Shown here in pieces: positions 1-9,506 of a stretch of 44,491 nucleotides of DNA (the first letter of the stretch is position 1; every line of letters begins with the position of its first letter). Where the stretch lies: NCBI GenBank assembly GCA_049472355.1, contig JBLIRP010000021.1, positions 1 through 44,491 of the forward strand, read 5' to 3'. The notes under the pieces were generated by a model that worked only from the letters and a program-made list of their open reading frames with translations, searched no databases and was not told where the DNA came from. Position numbers and translations under genes: made by a program. Source of the stretch: a bacterium (lineage in GTDB: Bacteria > SZUA-182 > DTGQ01 > JAFGSM01).

Positions 1-645
1 GGCCAGGACCTTCTTCTCCGCAATCGCAAGCCCCTTTCGGTTTCGCTCCTTTTGCAGGTATTCGATCTCCCCCTCAACACCCTCGATTCCTTCGATGATG
101 TCGATGTATTTGCAGATGTCATCCTTCTGCAGCGATATATCGATGGCGATGTCATCCTCCTGCACGGTCTGCTCGCGTTTATCCTGCATCAACCGTTCCT
201 TAAACCCGATCAATTCCCGGCTGGCGATGGGGGTTTGCGTAATGGCCTTGAGCATCTTCAAACGGCCCGATTCTATCCGTTTTGCAATACTCACCTCGTC
301 TTCTCTCGTCAGGAGCGGGACCATGCCCATTTCCCTGAGATACATCCTGACCGGGTCATCGGTCCGCCCAAGATACTCTGAAGCGAGATCCGCCTCGGCG
401 ATGTCCATAGAATCCAGTTTTTCCTCAGGTTCCAGGGTTTCGGCCATATATTTTGATTTCTCGTCCTGATCGATGACATTGATGTCCATGCCGTCCAGCA
501 TAATAAAGACATTATCGAGATCCGTTGAGGAGACGAAATCTTCGGGCAAAGAATCATTGAGTTCATCGTAGGTCAGATATCCCTTTTCCTTCCCCATGAT
601 GATGAGCTGATCCTTTACCTGGGCCAGTTTCCCTTCAGACGACAT
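1..645 (-). CDS. rpoD: RNA polymerase primary sigma factor RpoD (sigma70), N-terminal part; runs off window edge
   Basis: Manual translation from ATG at 645 (RBS AGGAAAGGAG): MSSEGKLAQVKDQLIIMGKEKGYLTYDELNDSLPED...DDPVRMYLREMGMVPLLTREDEVSIAKRIE, matching regions 1.1 and 1.2. Directly downstream of dnaG. Absent from the ORF track because no stop lies in the window. Confidence 0.95.
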   Translation of the reverse strand, partial: MSSEGKLAQVKDQLIIMGKEKGYLTYDELNDSLPEDFVSSTDLDNVFIMLDGMDINVIDQDEKSKYMAETLEPEEKLDSMDIAEADLASEYLGRTDDPVRMYLREMGMVPLLTREDEVSIAKRIESGRLKMLKAITQTPIASRELIGFKERLMQDKREQTVQEDDIAIDISLQKDDICKYIDIIEGIEGVEGEIEYLQKERNRKGLAIAEKKVLA

Positions 646-760
646 TTTGACTCCTTTCCTCACGTCGATGTAGTGTTATGGCGTTGAATAGGCTTGCAAC
701 CTACGCATAACATAAAATAGTATAGTTCCACATGCACGGAATTTCAGAAAAACACTCCCC

Positions 761-2545
761 CTACGCTCCCTCGAGTGCGCACGCATCCATCTTGAGGCGG
801 CGATACTCGCTCAAAAGGAGATTCTCTTCCTCCCTTGACAATGCAGTGGAATCCAATTTTTTCCTGATTTCATTCAGTTGCTCGTAGATCCTGCCCTGGC
901 GTAAGCCTTTGAGAAAATCGCGCACCGCCTGGTCGGTATCCTCAAATGCCTCCGTGCCGATCATGACCTGAGATATCAAATCCTTTTTTTTCTCTGAATC
1001 CACCTCCATGAGAAATGCTCGGGGTTCCACAGTGATTCCCTGCCGCCAGTGATCCAATATCATGCCGGCAAGTTCCCTGAGATCCGGGTTCCTGAAATCC
1101 GATACATCCACGTTTTGAAGCATGGCACTCGAAGGGCTTCCCAACTCGAATGCCAGTTTGATAAAGAGCCTTTCCACACACTCCCTTCGCGACGGAGGGG
1201 AAAAGTCCTGCGGTCTGAGGGATGATCGGACCTGACGTCCTTTCGTGGGTCCTTGTACCTGTCTGAGGCGCTCTCTCATGGCCTCCTCTGAAACACCCAG
1301 TCTTTGGGCGGTATATCGGATGTTTCCATCCCGTTCGAGGGGATTTCTCATCCGTGCAAGAAAATGGATAATCTGGTCGATTTTCTCCGACTTCTCCTGT
1401 ACCATCACCTCCCCCCCCAGTAGTCCGTGGCTTTTCAGCAGAAAGTCAATAATTGGTTGGGCCTGGTCAATGGCCCGTGTAAAACCCTCCCTGCCCGATT
1501 CCCTGACCAGGCTGTCGGGATCCTTGCCCGATGGCAGGGTGGCCACTCGTGCCTGTATCCCTTCCTCGCAAAAGATCTCCGTGCCTCGCTGCGCCGCCTT
1601 AACGCCTGCCATATCGGAATCAAACACCAGGATCACCTCGGTGGCATACCTTTTCAAGGCACGAACGTGGTACACGGTCATGGCGGTTCCGAGGGCGGCC
1701 ACCACATTGGTGAATCCCGCCTGGTGGAGGGTAAGGAGATCCATATACCCTTCAACAACGATGGCCTGCCCTGTTTGGCGGATGGCCTCCTTCGCATAAT
1801 CCAGACCGTAGAGGATCTGTCCCTTGGAATAGGCAGGGGTCTCCGGCGAATTGAGGTATTTCGGCCCTTCATCCGCCGCGTTGATGGACCTCCCGCCGAA
1901 TCCGCATATATCACCGTACATGGTGCGGATAGGGAATATGACACGGTTCCTGAAACGATCATAGAATCCGGTTCCGCTTTGCCTGGGGCAGACGAGGCCG
2001 GCCATGAGGAGCATCTGGGTGGAGAAGTGCCTTTTCATGTGTGAAAAAAGCCCATCCCAGGAATCAATGGCATAGCCCAGGCCGAATCGCTTGATGAGGT
2101 CGTCTTCAAGACCCCGTGACCTCAGGTACTCGATGCCGCCTTTTCCCGACCATAATCTTTTTTCAAAATATCGTTGGGCGTGGCTGTTGATTTCAAAGAT
2201 CTGCTGCCTTTCGCTCGCATGGATATCACCCTTGTTCCCCTGTGCAGCCGGTATCGATATGCCGCACCTTCTGGCCAGATGTTCCATTGCCTCCATAAAG
2301 GTGATGCCCTCCTTTTTCATTAAAAAGGTGAAGGCATCCCCTCCGGTGTGACACCCGAAACAGTAAAAGAACTGCTTCTCTTTATCCACATGGAACGAGG
2401 GGGTCTTTTCAGGGTGAAAGGGGCACAGCCCCTTGTATCTCCGCCCCGCCTTTTTCAAGTCAACGTATTCGGATACGAGGTCGAGGATATCCACCCTTTG
2501 CAGTATTTCCTCTTTTATCCCGTTATTGGGCGCCATGGTCATCAC
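761..2545 (-). CDS. dnaG: DNA primase
   Basis: Zn-ribbon CPFHPEKTPSF..CFGC, DRFRNRVIFPI, PKYLNSPET, TOPRIM VVEGYMD and FDSDMAG, GKDPD. Exact start uncertain among several Met codons. Confidence 0.97.
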   Translation of the reverse strand: MMTMAPNNGIKEEILQRVDILDLVSEYVDLKKAGRRYKGLCPFHPEKTPSFHVDKEKQFFYCFGCHTGGDAFTFLMKKEGITFMEAMEHLARRCGISIPAAQGNKGDIHASERQQIFEINSHAQRYFEKRLWSGKGGIEYLRSRGLEDDLIKRFGLGYAIDSWDGLFSHMKRHFSTQMLLMAGLVCPRQSGTGFYDRFRNRVIFPIRTMYGDICGFGGRSINAADEGPKYLNSPETPAYSKGQILYGLDYAKEAIRQTGQAIVVEGYMDLLTLHQAGFTNVVAALGTAMTVYHVRALKRYATEVILVFDSDMAGVKAAQRGTEIFCEEGIQARVATLPSGKDPDSLVRESGREGFTRAIDQAQPIIDFLLKSHGLLGGEVMVQEKSEKIDQIIHFLARMRNPLERDGNIRYTAQRLGVSEEAMRERLRQVQGPTKGRQVRSSLRPQDFSPPSRRECVERLFIKLAFELGSPSSAMLQNVDVSDFRNPDLRELAGMILDHWRQGITVEPRAFLMEVDSEKKKDLISQVMIGTEAFEDTDQAVRDFLKGLRQGRIYEQLNEIRKKLDSTALSREEENLLLSEYRRLKMDACALEGA

Positions 2546-2549
2546 TCCG

Positions 2550-4928
2550 TTACGCTGTCAATTCCACGACGGTCACCCCGGTTCCCCCCTCGTGCATCGT
2601 TCCGCTTCGAAATGAGGCCACCTGTGGGTGAGAACGCAGAAATTCCTCAACCGCTCGTTTGAGTGCCCCGGTCCCCTTTCCGTGGATTATGGAGACCGAG
2701 GAAAGATGGGCACAAACCGCATTGTCGATATATTTATCGATCCGGAGCAGGGCCTCTTCAACCTTCTGCCCGATAACCACCAGCCTGGTGCTTACCTCGT
2801 CGGTGGATACGGGGGTGGAAACGAGCACCGGGTGCGGTGAAGATGCCCTCATCTGCTCCTCCACCGGGAGCAATTCATTGGAATCCACCTGCAGCTTCAG
2901 GGACCCGATCATGACCCATACCTTTTTTTCCGAGCGGTCCACCCGGCTCACCGTGCCCTTTTCCTTGAGCGCGGGCAGGTACACCGGCTGGCCGATCGAT
3001 ACGCTCTCGATTCCCATCCCCTTCCGCCGTGCCGGCGGTGAAAACTGGGGGATGCAGTGCCGCCCCACCTCCCTGAGTGCCCTATGCGCTGCCTTGATCG
3101 CCGGGGTGGTGGGCGTCGATCGCCTCAATTCCCCGACAATCCGTTCGATTTCCTTGCGTGCCTTATCGATAAGGGGCTGAATGCCGTGCCGGGCATCCGC
3201 GGCCATCCTGGCCTCCCTTTCCCGAATGCCTTCGAGCAGGCGATGGTAGCGTTCCTTCATCAGGGCGATGTCGGCCCGCATCTCCTGTTGTTGCGCCTGT
3301 TCCTCCCTGAGCCGTTGTTCGGTCCGCTCAAGTGACCTGATGAGGTCCTCGATGTGAACCTCGCCTGCACCCATGATGTGCCGTGCATTTTCAAGGATTT
3401 CCCGGGGCAGCCCCAATGTGGCGGCAATACCCAGGGCGTTGCTGCTTCCCGGGTAGCCTATGTGTAGTTGAAACGTGGGCGCCTTTTTTTCCGGGTCGAA
3501 TCCCATCGATGCATTCGCTATATCGGGGGCATTCGTGGCGGCGTAGGCCTTGAGCCCGTTATGGTGCGTGGTCACCAGGCACAGCGCCCCCTTCTCGAGA
3601 ATATATTCCAGCACCGCTATTCCCAGGGCCGCACCCTCCGTGGGGTTCGTATCGGAGCCCAGTTCGTCAAACAGTACAATGCTCCGAGGGCCCACCCTTT
3701 TCAGCACACGGGCGATATTCCTGATGTGGGAGGAAAAGGAGGAAAGATCCCTGGTGATATCCTGTTCGTCTCCTATATCCGCCAGGATCTCCTCAAATAT
3801 GCCCAGTTCGCTTCCCTCCCTGACAGGGATATGGAGTCCCGACTGCATCATGGCGAGGAGAAGGCCGACCATTTTCAGGGTGACGGTCTTTCCTCCGGTG
3901 TTGGGGCCGCTGATGACCAGTGCCCTGGTCCGCCCATGCAGATCGAGATCGATCCCTACCGGCTTCGTGCCCATCCCCGGTGTATCCATGTGCCTGAAGA
4001 TGAGGAGGGCGTGCCGCGCCTCCTTGAGCCTGATCACCGGATCGTTGCTGATGACCGGGGCAATACCCCCTATCGCCTGGCTGAACAGCGCCTTTGCCTG
4101 AAGGAAGTCCAATTCCGTCAGGATGTGGAGATCGACGGTAAGGACCTCCCTGTGCTGTGCCACCATGGAGGTCAATTCCAGGAGCACCTTTCGGATCTCT
4201 TCCCTTTCCCTGATTTTGAGCCGGCGATAGCTGTTTTGGGCCTCCACCGAGAGCATCGGCTCGATGAAGAGCGTGGCGCCGCTGCCCGATTCATCGTGTA
4301 TGATGCCCTGTATGCTCCCCTTTTTGCTTGCCTTTACCGGGATGACGTAGCGCTCGTTCCGGATGGTGATAAAATCGCCCTGGAGCGCCTTTTGATCACC
4401 TTTATGCACAATGCCCTCCAAGAGGGCAATAATCCCCTCCTTCTCCCTGCGCACCTGCCTTCGAATCCGTGCCAGGGCCGGACCGGCCGCATCCTTGATC
4501 TCGCCCGAAGGATCCAGGCAGTCATCCAACCGCTGTCGAAGCTGTTCCGGTGAAACAAGGCCCTCCTTGAACGGTTCGAGGGTCGGAGCGCCCTCAACGG
4601 CCCGGGATAGCCACTGCGCGACCGCACGGATCAGGTTCGCAAATGCGGCGATCTCCAGCAATTCGGCAACCTCCAGGGCAGTACCGGTCAGGGCCGCCTT
4701 GGACAGGTGAGGAGCGATATCCCTGAGGTCCGCCATGGGGAGCCGGCCGAATATGGATACCGCCTCCCTGGCCTCGTGTACCTGGCGAAGGTCATGCTCT
4801 ATGACCCCCTTGTCCACGACGGGGGTGATCTTCAGGCAACGGGCCCTGCCCGGATCGGAACAGGCAAAGGATGCCAGCCGCGATTTAACCGATTTAAATT
4901 CAAGTACTTCTAAGGAATGATGGTCCAT
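2550..4928 (-). CDS. mutS2: Endonuclease MutS2 (ABC ATPase, coiled coil, C-terminal Smr domain)
   Basis: HDESGSGATLFIEP, Walker A ISGPNTGGKT, DIGDEQ, SSFSSH, LFDELG, TTHH, Smr IIHGKGTGAL...GGTGVTVVEL. Confidence 0.95.
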   Translation of the reverse strand: MDHHSLEVLEFKSVKSRLASFACSDPGRARCLKITPVVDKGVIEHDLRQVHEAREAVSIFGRLPMADLRDIAPHLSKAALTGTALEVAELLEIAAFANLIRAVAQWLSRAVEGAPTLEPFKEGLVSPEQLRQRLDDCLDPSGEIKDAAGPALARIRRQVRREKEGIIALLEGIVHKGDQKALQGDFITIRNERYVIPVKASKKGSIQGIIHDESGSGATLFIEPMLSVEAQNSYRRLKIREREEIRKVLLELTSMVAQHREVLTVDLHILTELDFLQAKALFSQAIGGIAPVISNDPVIRLKEARHALLIFRHMDTPGMGTKPVGIDLDLHGRTRALVISGPNTGGKTVTLKMVGLLLAMMQSGLHIPVREGSELGIFEEILADIGDEQDITRDLSSFSSHIRNIARVLKRVGPRSIVLFDELGSDTNPTEGAALGIAVLEYILEKGALCLVTTHHNGLKAYAATNAPDIANASMGFDPEKKAPTFQLHIGYPGSSNALGIAATLGLPREILENARHIMGAGEVHIEDLIRSLERTEQRLREEQAQQQEMRADIALMKERYHRLLEGIREREARMAADARHGIQPLIDKARKEIERIVGELRRSTPTTPAIKAAHRALREVGRHCIPQFSPPARRKGMGIESVSIGQPVYLPALKEKGTVSRVDRSEKKVWVMIGSLKLQVDSNELLPVEEQMRASSPHPVLVSTPVSTDEVSTRLVVIGQKVEEALLRIDKYIDNAVCAHLSSVSIIHGKGTGALKRAVEEFLRSHPQVASFRSGTMHEGGTGVTVVELTA

Positions 4929-4947
4929 GGCACCATTGGTGGATGCG

Positions 4948-5913
4948 TCAGCTCCTTGAATGATAAACGTAACCGGAACACGGTACGATTTCCAGGTCCC
5001 CCTGTGTGCGCACCTGATCGAACACGAGGTTCATGCCCAGGCTGTCGCTGCCGATGTGGCCGGCGATCACAACATTGAGATGGTGAGCCTCTGCCTCTTT
5101 TTTGTGCTCCTCGCTCATATGCATGGCAACAATCGTTCCTAATCCCTCCTGTGCCAGGCGCTGGTAGATTTCCTTCGATCCCTCGGTTCCCCCGGTCATG
5201 TCCACAAGAATTTTCCCGCATCGCCTGGTTTCACTTCCCACCAGTATCTGAGGCCCTGCGTTGATCAATGCCTGATCCTGATATTCCGGGATGTCGAGGA
5301 GAACGTCGATGATCTCACCCATCCAATAAGGCCTTTTCTCTTCGAAAAGCCGCCGAAGATAGGCATATACCGCATTGTCCGCAGGGGTATGGCAGCACAG
5401 GAAGGGCATATCAAGGAGCCGGGCTGCCATGACCGCCCGGTTGTGATTTACCGGCATGATCTTCCGGGCGACCTCCTTCATTCTCTCATCGAGAAGGGCC
5501 TCGGCAACGGTGACGGAGACACCGAACTGGTTCAGCAGATCGGTCTGCAGGGTCATGACCCGGTAAAAGCTCGCAAGGGCGCCTCCTTCCGGGTGGTGCG
5601 CAATGACTGCATCGATTGGTATGCCTTTTTCCTGCAATTTTTCAGCCAGGAGGATTTCGCCGATCTCGATATCTATCCCGGCCAGGACAGTGCGAATATC
5701 GCTCTCGTGATCACCATGGAGTATCCGGGTATCGGCATACGGATTGTGAAGCCTCTCACGATCGAACCGGGCCTTGTCACGTTCCTTGATCTCTTCGTAG
5801 TCCTTGTGCGATGCCTCCAGTGCCCTTCGTATCCCTTCCTCGTCCCGGGGGTCGTTTTGTATGCCGATTCGTATGATGCTCTCGTATATCTGGCTAAGCC
5901 GCATGTGCGTCAA
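4948..5913 (-). CDS. NIF3 (NGG1p-interacting factor 3)-like dinuclear metal-binding protein
   Basis: NPYADTRIL, IAHHPEG, CHTPADN, VAMHM and IAGHIGSDSLGMN His-rich metal motifs. Start may be 5904. Confidence 0.8.
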   Translation of the reverse strand: MTHMRLSQIYESIIRIGIQNDPRDEEGIRRALEASHKDYEEIKERDKARFDRERLHNPYADTRILHGDHESDIRTVLAGIDIEIGEILLAEKLQEKGIPIDAVIAHHPEGGALASFYRVMTLQTDLLNQFGVSVTVAEALLDERMKEVARKIMPVNHNRAVMAARLLDMPFLCCHTPADNAVYAYLRRLFEEKRPYWMGEIIDVLLDIPEYQDQALINAGPQILVGSETRRCGKILVDMTGGTEGSKEIYQRLAQEGLGTIVAMHMSEEHKKEAEAHHLNVVIAGHIGSDSLGMNLVFDQVRTQGDLEIVPCSGYVYHSRS

Positions 5914-5939
5914 TGCAGGGTAAACAGGTCAAATCGGGT

Positions 5940-5977
5940 AAAAAAAAGGACTCGGGTGGTTCAGGACCCGAATCCTT
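5940..5977 (-). terminator. Intrinsic terminator downstream of rpsU
   Basis: Minus strand AAGGATTCGGGT-cctgaacc-ACCCGAGTCCTT (12-bp stem, one G.U pair) followed by a T-run. Confidence 0.8.
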
Positions 5978-6098
5978 ACCATTGTACAGCGTGAAATTAT
6001 CTTCTCCTGGAAAATGGCCTCGCACCATGCTATAAGGTAACGTCTACACCTTCGTTTATACAACGAAAAAATAATGAACAACACGCGCTATTCGGTAA

Positions 6099-6284
6099 TT
6101 AATATCGCCTTCTCAGAGACTTTTTCTTCGCTGCTAATGCCTTCCTTTTCTTCCTGGTGCTTGGTTTCTCGTAGTGCTCTCTCTTCTTATATTCCGCCAA
6201 GATTCCTGCCTTCTCACTGGTCTTCTTGAAGCGTTTGAGCAGGCTCTCAAAGGACTCGTCCTCTTTCGGCCTTATAACAGGCAA
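6099..6284 (-). CDS. rpsU: 30S ribosomal protein S21
   Basis: [33 protein letters not shown] start with GGAGGGAGG RBS. Confidence 0.97.
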   Translation of the reverse strand: MPVIRPKEDESFESLLKRFKKTSEKAGILAEYKKREHYEKPSTRKKRKALAAKKKSLRRRY

Positions 6285-6354
6285 TCATTATCCCTCCCTC
6301 CGCAGTGTTTTATTGTCTTGTGGACATGGACCCTCTTAAACGATTTAAAACTTA

Positions 6355-6383
6355 ATTATATACGGAACTCACTCTAAAGTCAA
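6355..6383 (-). promoter_or_regulatory. sigma70-type promoter for rpsU
   Basis: TTGACT-17 nt-TATAAT on the minus strand; the -35 overlaps the hisI stop codon. Confidence 0.75.
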
Positions 6384-6736
6384 GGAAAATCCCTTTTCAA
6401 TGACCGATAAAAACAGGTCCTGTTCCCTGTATGGCATGCTGCCCCTGTCTGTTCCACCCTGAAGAGCAAGGTGTCCATGTCGCAGTCGAAGCACACCTCC
6501 TTTATCCGCTGGATATGACCGGACGTCTCGCCCTTGGGCCAGATGCATTGTCGTGACCGGCTCCAGAATACCGTCCTGCCCGTCTTGAGTGTCTCGAGAA
6601 GCGAGTCCCGGTTCATGTATGCCATCATGAGTACCTGTCCATTTTCAACATCTTGAATGATCGCCGGGACAAGCCCCTTTTCGTCATACTTGATGCCCGA
6701 GACGAAACGCTCTGCATCCTGTGCCGTTTGCGTCAT
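6380..6736 (-). CDS. hisI: Phosphoribosyl-AMP cyclohydrolase
   Basis: [45 protein letters not shown]. Confidence 0.96.
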   Translation of the reverse strand: MTQTAQDAERFVSGIKYDEKGLVPAIIQDVENGQVLMMAYMNRDSLLETLKTGRTVFWSRSRQCIWPKGETSGHIQRIKEVCFDCDMDTLLFRVEQTGAACHTGNRTCFYRSLKRDFP

Positions 6737-6948
6737 GCATGCCCCCTCCGTTTTTCCGATTACCTGAAAAAGACAGCGTATACCGCGCGCATGTACGTCG
6801 ATACGATCGAATCACTTTGAGATAGACTTATAAGAAAGAATGGATTTGAAATGCAACGAAGAAACTGGTATAAACGCCGCTTAATCTTATTAAAAGTTGT
6901 ATAGTATGCCCTACACTCTGCATAACCCCTTTGTTATTAACTAATAAT

Positions 6949-6977
6949 ATAATAACAGATATTGACAATACTGTCAA
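6949..6977 (-). promoter_or_regulatory. sigma70-type promoter upstream of hisI, with -35 inside the palindrome ATTGACA-ATAC-TGTCAAT
   Basis: Minus strand TTGACA-17 nt-TATTAT; 7-bp inverted repeat at 6961-6978. Confidence 0.55.
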
Positions 6978-7311
6978 TTTGGATGTACGAATCCCCGTCT
7001 CGAATCGTGAGTCTGAGGGTGGCGTGAGCAGACATGTCCGTCAACCATAACACAACGTCCAAGCAAGAAGTCCTGATGTGGATGGCATATGCGGCTTCTA
7101 TCTGACCCCTGTCGAGCCCTATTGTTGATTCATTGACATTCGGGTTGTTAATTTACCGTAAAGGGTGTAAGAGTCAATAAGGAGAACTTCCGGCGTGCTG
7201 CAAAACCGGTTGTGCATGGTCGCCGAACGGCGTACTATTCGGTTTTCGCATATGACAAATCCGGCATGGGACGGGACCAGGCGGTGATCTGATAAGGAGG
7301 GATACGAACCG

Positions 7312-8157
7312 ATGCTTGATACACTACAGCTCGATGCATTATACACGCGCCTCAACCGTCGCGAATACGTGCACCCTGATCCCCTCGAATGCCTCTATCC
7401 CTATCCGGATCTCCATGACCGGGAGATCGTGGGGCTCGTGGCATCCTCCTTGGCATACGGGAGGGTTGCGCAGATTCTGAAAAGCGTATCCAGGGTGCTC
7501 GGACGAATGCCCCAGCCCTTCCGTTTTCTCATGGGCGCATCACGAGCATCACTCGATGCGTTATACGCGGATTTCAGGCACCGCTTCACCACCGGTGAGG
7601 ACCTTGCAGCGTTGCTGTATGGCGCGAGAAAAGCCATTGAGCGGTATGGATCCCTCAATGCATGTTTCCGATCCGGGCTTCGTAATGAACATGAAACGGT
7701 GCTCCCCGCGCTTGAATCATTTATACGGGAACTCTCCATACAGGACACGGGGAGATGCAACACCCTCCTGCCCTCACCCGATAAGGGGAGCGCATGCAAG
7801 CGGATGAACCTGTTTTTGCGCTGGATGGTACGGAGGGATGACGTGGATCCGGGCGGATGGGAAGGGGTGCCTCCGGCCAAGCTCCTGGTCCCTCTGGATA
7901 CCCATTTATATCGGATTGGATGCGCCCTCCACTTCACCACGAGAAGGCAAGCGGATATGAAAACCGTCCTTGATATCACCTGCGCATTTAGAGCGATCTG
8001 CCCTGAAGATCCGGTAAGGTATGATTTCTCGCTTACCCGCCTGGGGATGCGCATGAAGCAGGGAGAAGATCCCTCGCAATACCTCTCTGAATGCCTTACC
8101 CAATCTTCTCCATCCAAATCGGACCTGGCCATACACCGGGAGTCCCTCAAGCCGTAG
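7312..8157 (+). CDS. TIGR02757/DUF2400 family protein
   Basis: HPDPLE, DREIVGLVASSLAYGRV, SACKRMNLFLRWMVRRDDVDPGGW, PLDTH, DPVRYDFSL; RBS AAGGAGG. Confidence 0.88.
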   Translation: MLDTLQLDALYTRLNRREYVHPDPLECLYPYPDLHDREIVGLVASSLAYGRVAQILKSVSRVLGRMPQPFRFLMGASRASLDALYADFRHRFTTGEDLAALLYGARKAIERYGSLNACFRSGLRNEHETVLPALESFIRELSIQDTGRCNTLLPSPDKGSACKRMNLFLRWMVRRDDVDPGGWEGVPPAKLLVPLDTHLYRIGCALHFTTRRQADMKTVLDITCAFRAICPEDPVRYDFSLTRLGMRMKQGEDPSQYLSECLTQSSPSKSDLAIHRESLKP

Positions 8158-8305
8158 CGTGGGGGGGGCAACACCACTTTGTTACGAAAACATCCTGTAT
8201 TCATCTGAAAATATAGCATTTTCATTCTTCGTGGCGCCGCTCAAGCGGCATGAGGGTTTGCCGTAAAGATTGTAGAGCGGTTCCCCCTCAAGCCGTAGCG
8301 TGGGG
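8144..8305. repeat. 21-bp direct repeat CCCTCAAGCCGTAGCGTGGGG (8144-8164 and 8285-8305) flanking a hairpin element
   Basis: Two exact copies 141 bp apart; the first contains the stop codon of the TIGR02757 gene. Confidence 0.9.
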
Positions 8306-8455
8306 TGTACCCCCCGTCCGGATGCATAAAAAATCCCCTCCCCGTATAGTTTCTATACCTGTCTCGATGGATGTCTCTCTGTGCCCAGGCCTCCGAAGAG
8401 GTTCAAAATCCGGCGGTTTCCTTCCATGCCGGAGTGGCGATGGACGTGACCTTTT

Positions 8456-8471
8456 TGGAACGATACTTGCT
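8456..8471 (+). promoter_or_regulatory. sigma54 (-24/-12) promoter
   Basis: TGGAACG-ATAC-TTGCT against consensus TGGCACG-N4-TTGCW (one mismatch, correct GG/GC spacing), about 60 nt before ATG 8533. Confidence 0.7.
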
Positions 8472-8532
8472 TTTTCACGTAGAGCAAACTGAATATGTAT
8501 GGTTGCAGCAGATGAGACAATGGAGGCCTACA

Positions 8533-9501
8533 ATGTTTTCCTTTAGCAATGACCACTCGGCAAGGATTCAATCCTGTATCTTTTTTCTCTCACTCATCGT
8601 CATCATCGTGATGGGCATATGCCAGGGCGCGGAGGCCTATTACGGACTGGGGCTTTATGGCGGCGGGATTTACGGAGGCTCGAGCCTGTACGGCCTCGGC
8701 GGATTATACGGGCTTGGCGGATTGTATGGGCTTTCAGGCATGAGCGGTCTCTACGGACTTGGAAGCCTGTACGGCCTCGGCGGATTATACGGCCTCGGCG
8801 GATTGTATGGACTTTCAGGTATGGGCGGTCTCTACGGACTTGGAAGCCTCTATGGCCTCGGCGGTCTTTCCGGCCTCGGCGGTCTCTATGGCGGCCTTGG
8901 AGGCATGTATGGTTTGGGCGGCCTGTCCAGCCTCGGCGGCGGTCTCACTATGCTCGGCCTGGCCTACGGACTGGGCGGGAGCTCGGGGCTTCAGAATCTC
9001 CAGGCAATGGCCGGGCTCGCCAACACCCTGAATCCCCTTGGCAGCCTGGGGCTTTTGAATCTGGGGGCGCAGTCCCCGGCGCTGACGAATCTCCTGGGAA
9101 TAACGGCTGAGCAGGCAGGAACATGGACCGGGACCTGGTACAGCCTGGTAAAGCTGAACGCAGGCATCATGAATATGACGCTCGTCGAGGATGCGGTGAA
9201 CGGAATCCTGACCGGAGAGGTGACCCTCATCCTGAACAAATTCACCAATTCCGTACCCGCGGAGGTGAGCGGGCTGTATAATGGTGGTGACACCTTCATC
9301 CTGACCGGAGGAAATAATACCGTAATCCCGACCACTCTCTTGGTCACGACTGCCCTGACCCTCTATGAGATCGAGCTGAATTGCACCCTGACCGGTCCCT
9401 CCACCATGACCGGGACATATACCATCAACGATCTGACGAAGCTGCTCGGGTATGATTACGGGAACTTCAATCTCACCCTGAGTGCGGCACCGATTATATA
9501 G
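8533..9501 (+). CDS. Secreted Gly/Leu/Tyr-repeat protein (GGLYGL repeats) with a C-terminal Thr-rich, probably beta-rich domain; function unknown
   Basis: GGAGG RBS at 8522-8526 supports ATG 8533 rather than 8371. Hydrophobic signal ends in AEA; about 115 aa of G/L/Y repeats follow; C-domain starts AGTWTGTWYS. Confidence 0.85.
   Translation: MFSFSNDHSARIQSCIFFLSLIVIIVMGICQGAEAYYGLGLYGGGIYGGSSLYGLGGLYGLGGLYGLSGMSGLYGLGSLYGLGGLYGLGGLYGLSGMGGLYGLGSLYGLGGLSGLGGLYGGLGGMYGLGGLSSLGGGLTMLGLAYGLGGSSGLQNLQAMAGLANTLNPLGSLGLLNLGAQSPALTNLLGITAEQAGTWTGTWYSLVKLNAGIMNMTLVEDAVNGILTGEVTLILNKFTNSVPAEVSGLYNGGDTFILTGGNNTVIPTTLLVTTALTLYEIELNCTLTGPSTMTGTYTINDLTKLLGYDYGNFNLTLSAAPII
8683..8875 (+). repeat. Intragenic 81-nt (27-codon) tandem duplication built on 18-nt GGLYGL units
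   Basis: AGCCT(G/C)TA units begin at 8683, 8764 and 8845, an exact 81-nt period. Confidence 0.85.
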
Positions 9502-9506
9502 ATCCT

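Noticed and set aside
8371..8532. N-terminal extension of the Gly-rich protein given in the ORF track
   Set aside because: The sigma54 motif and GGAGG RBS lie inside it, and the signal peptide fits a start at 8533.
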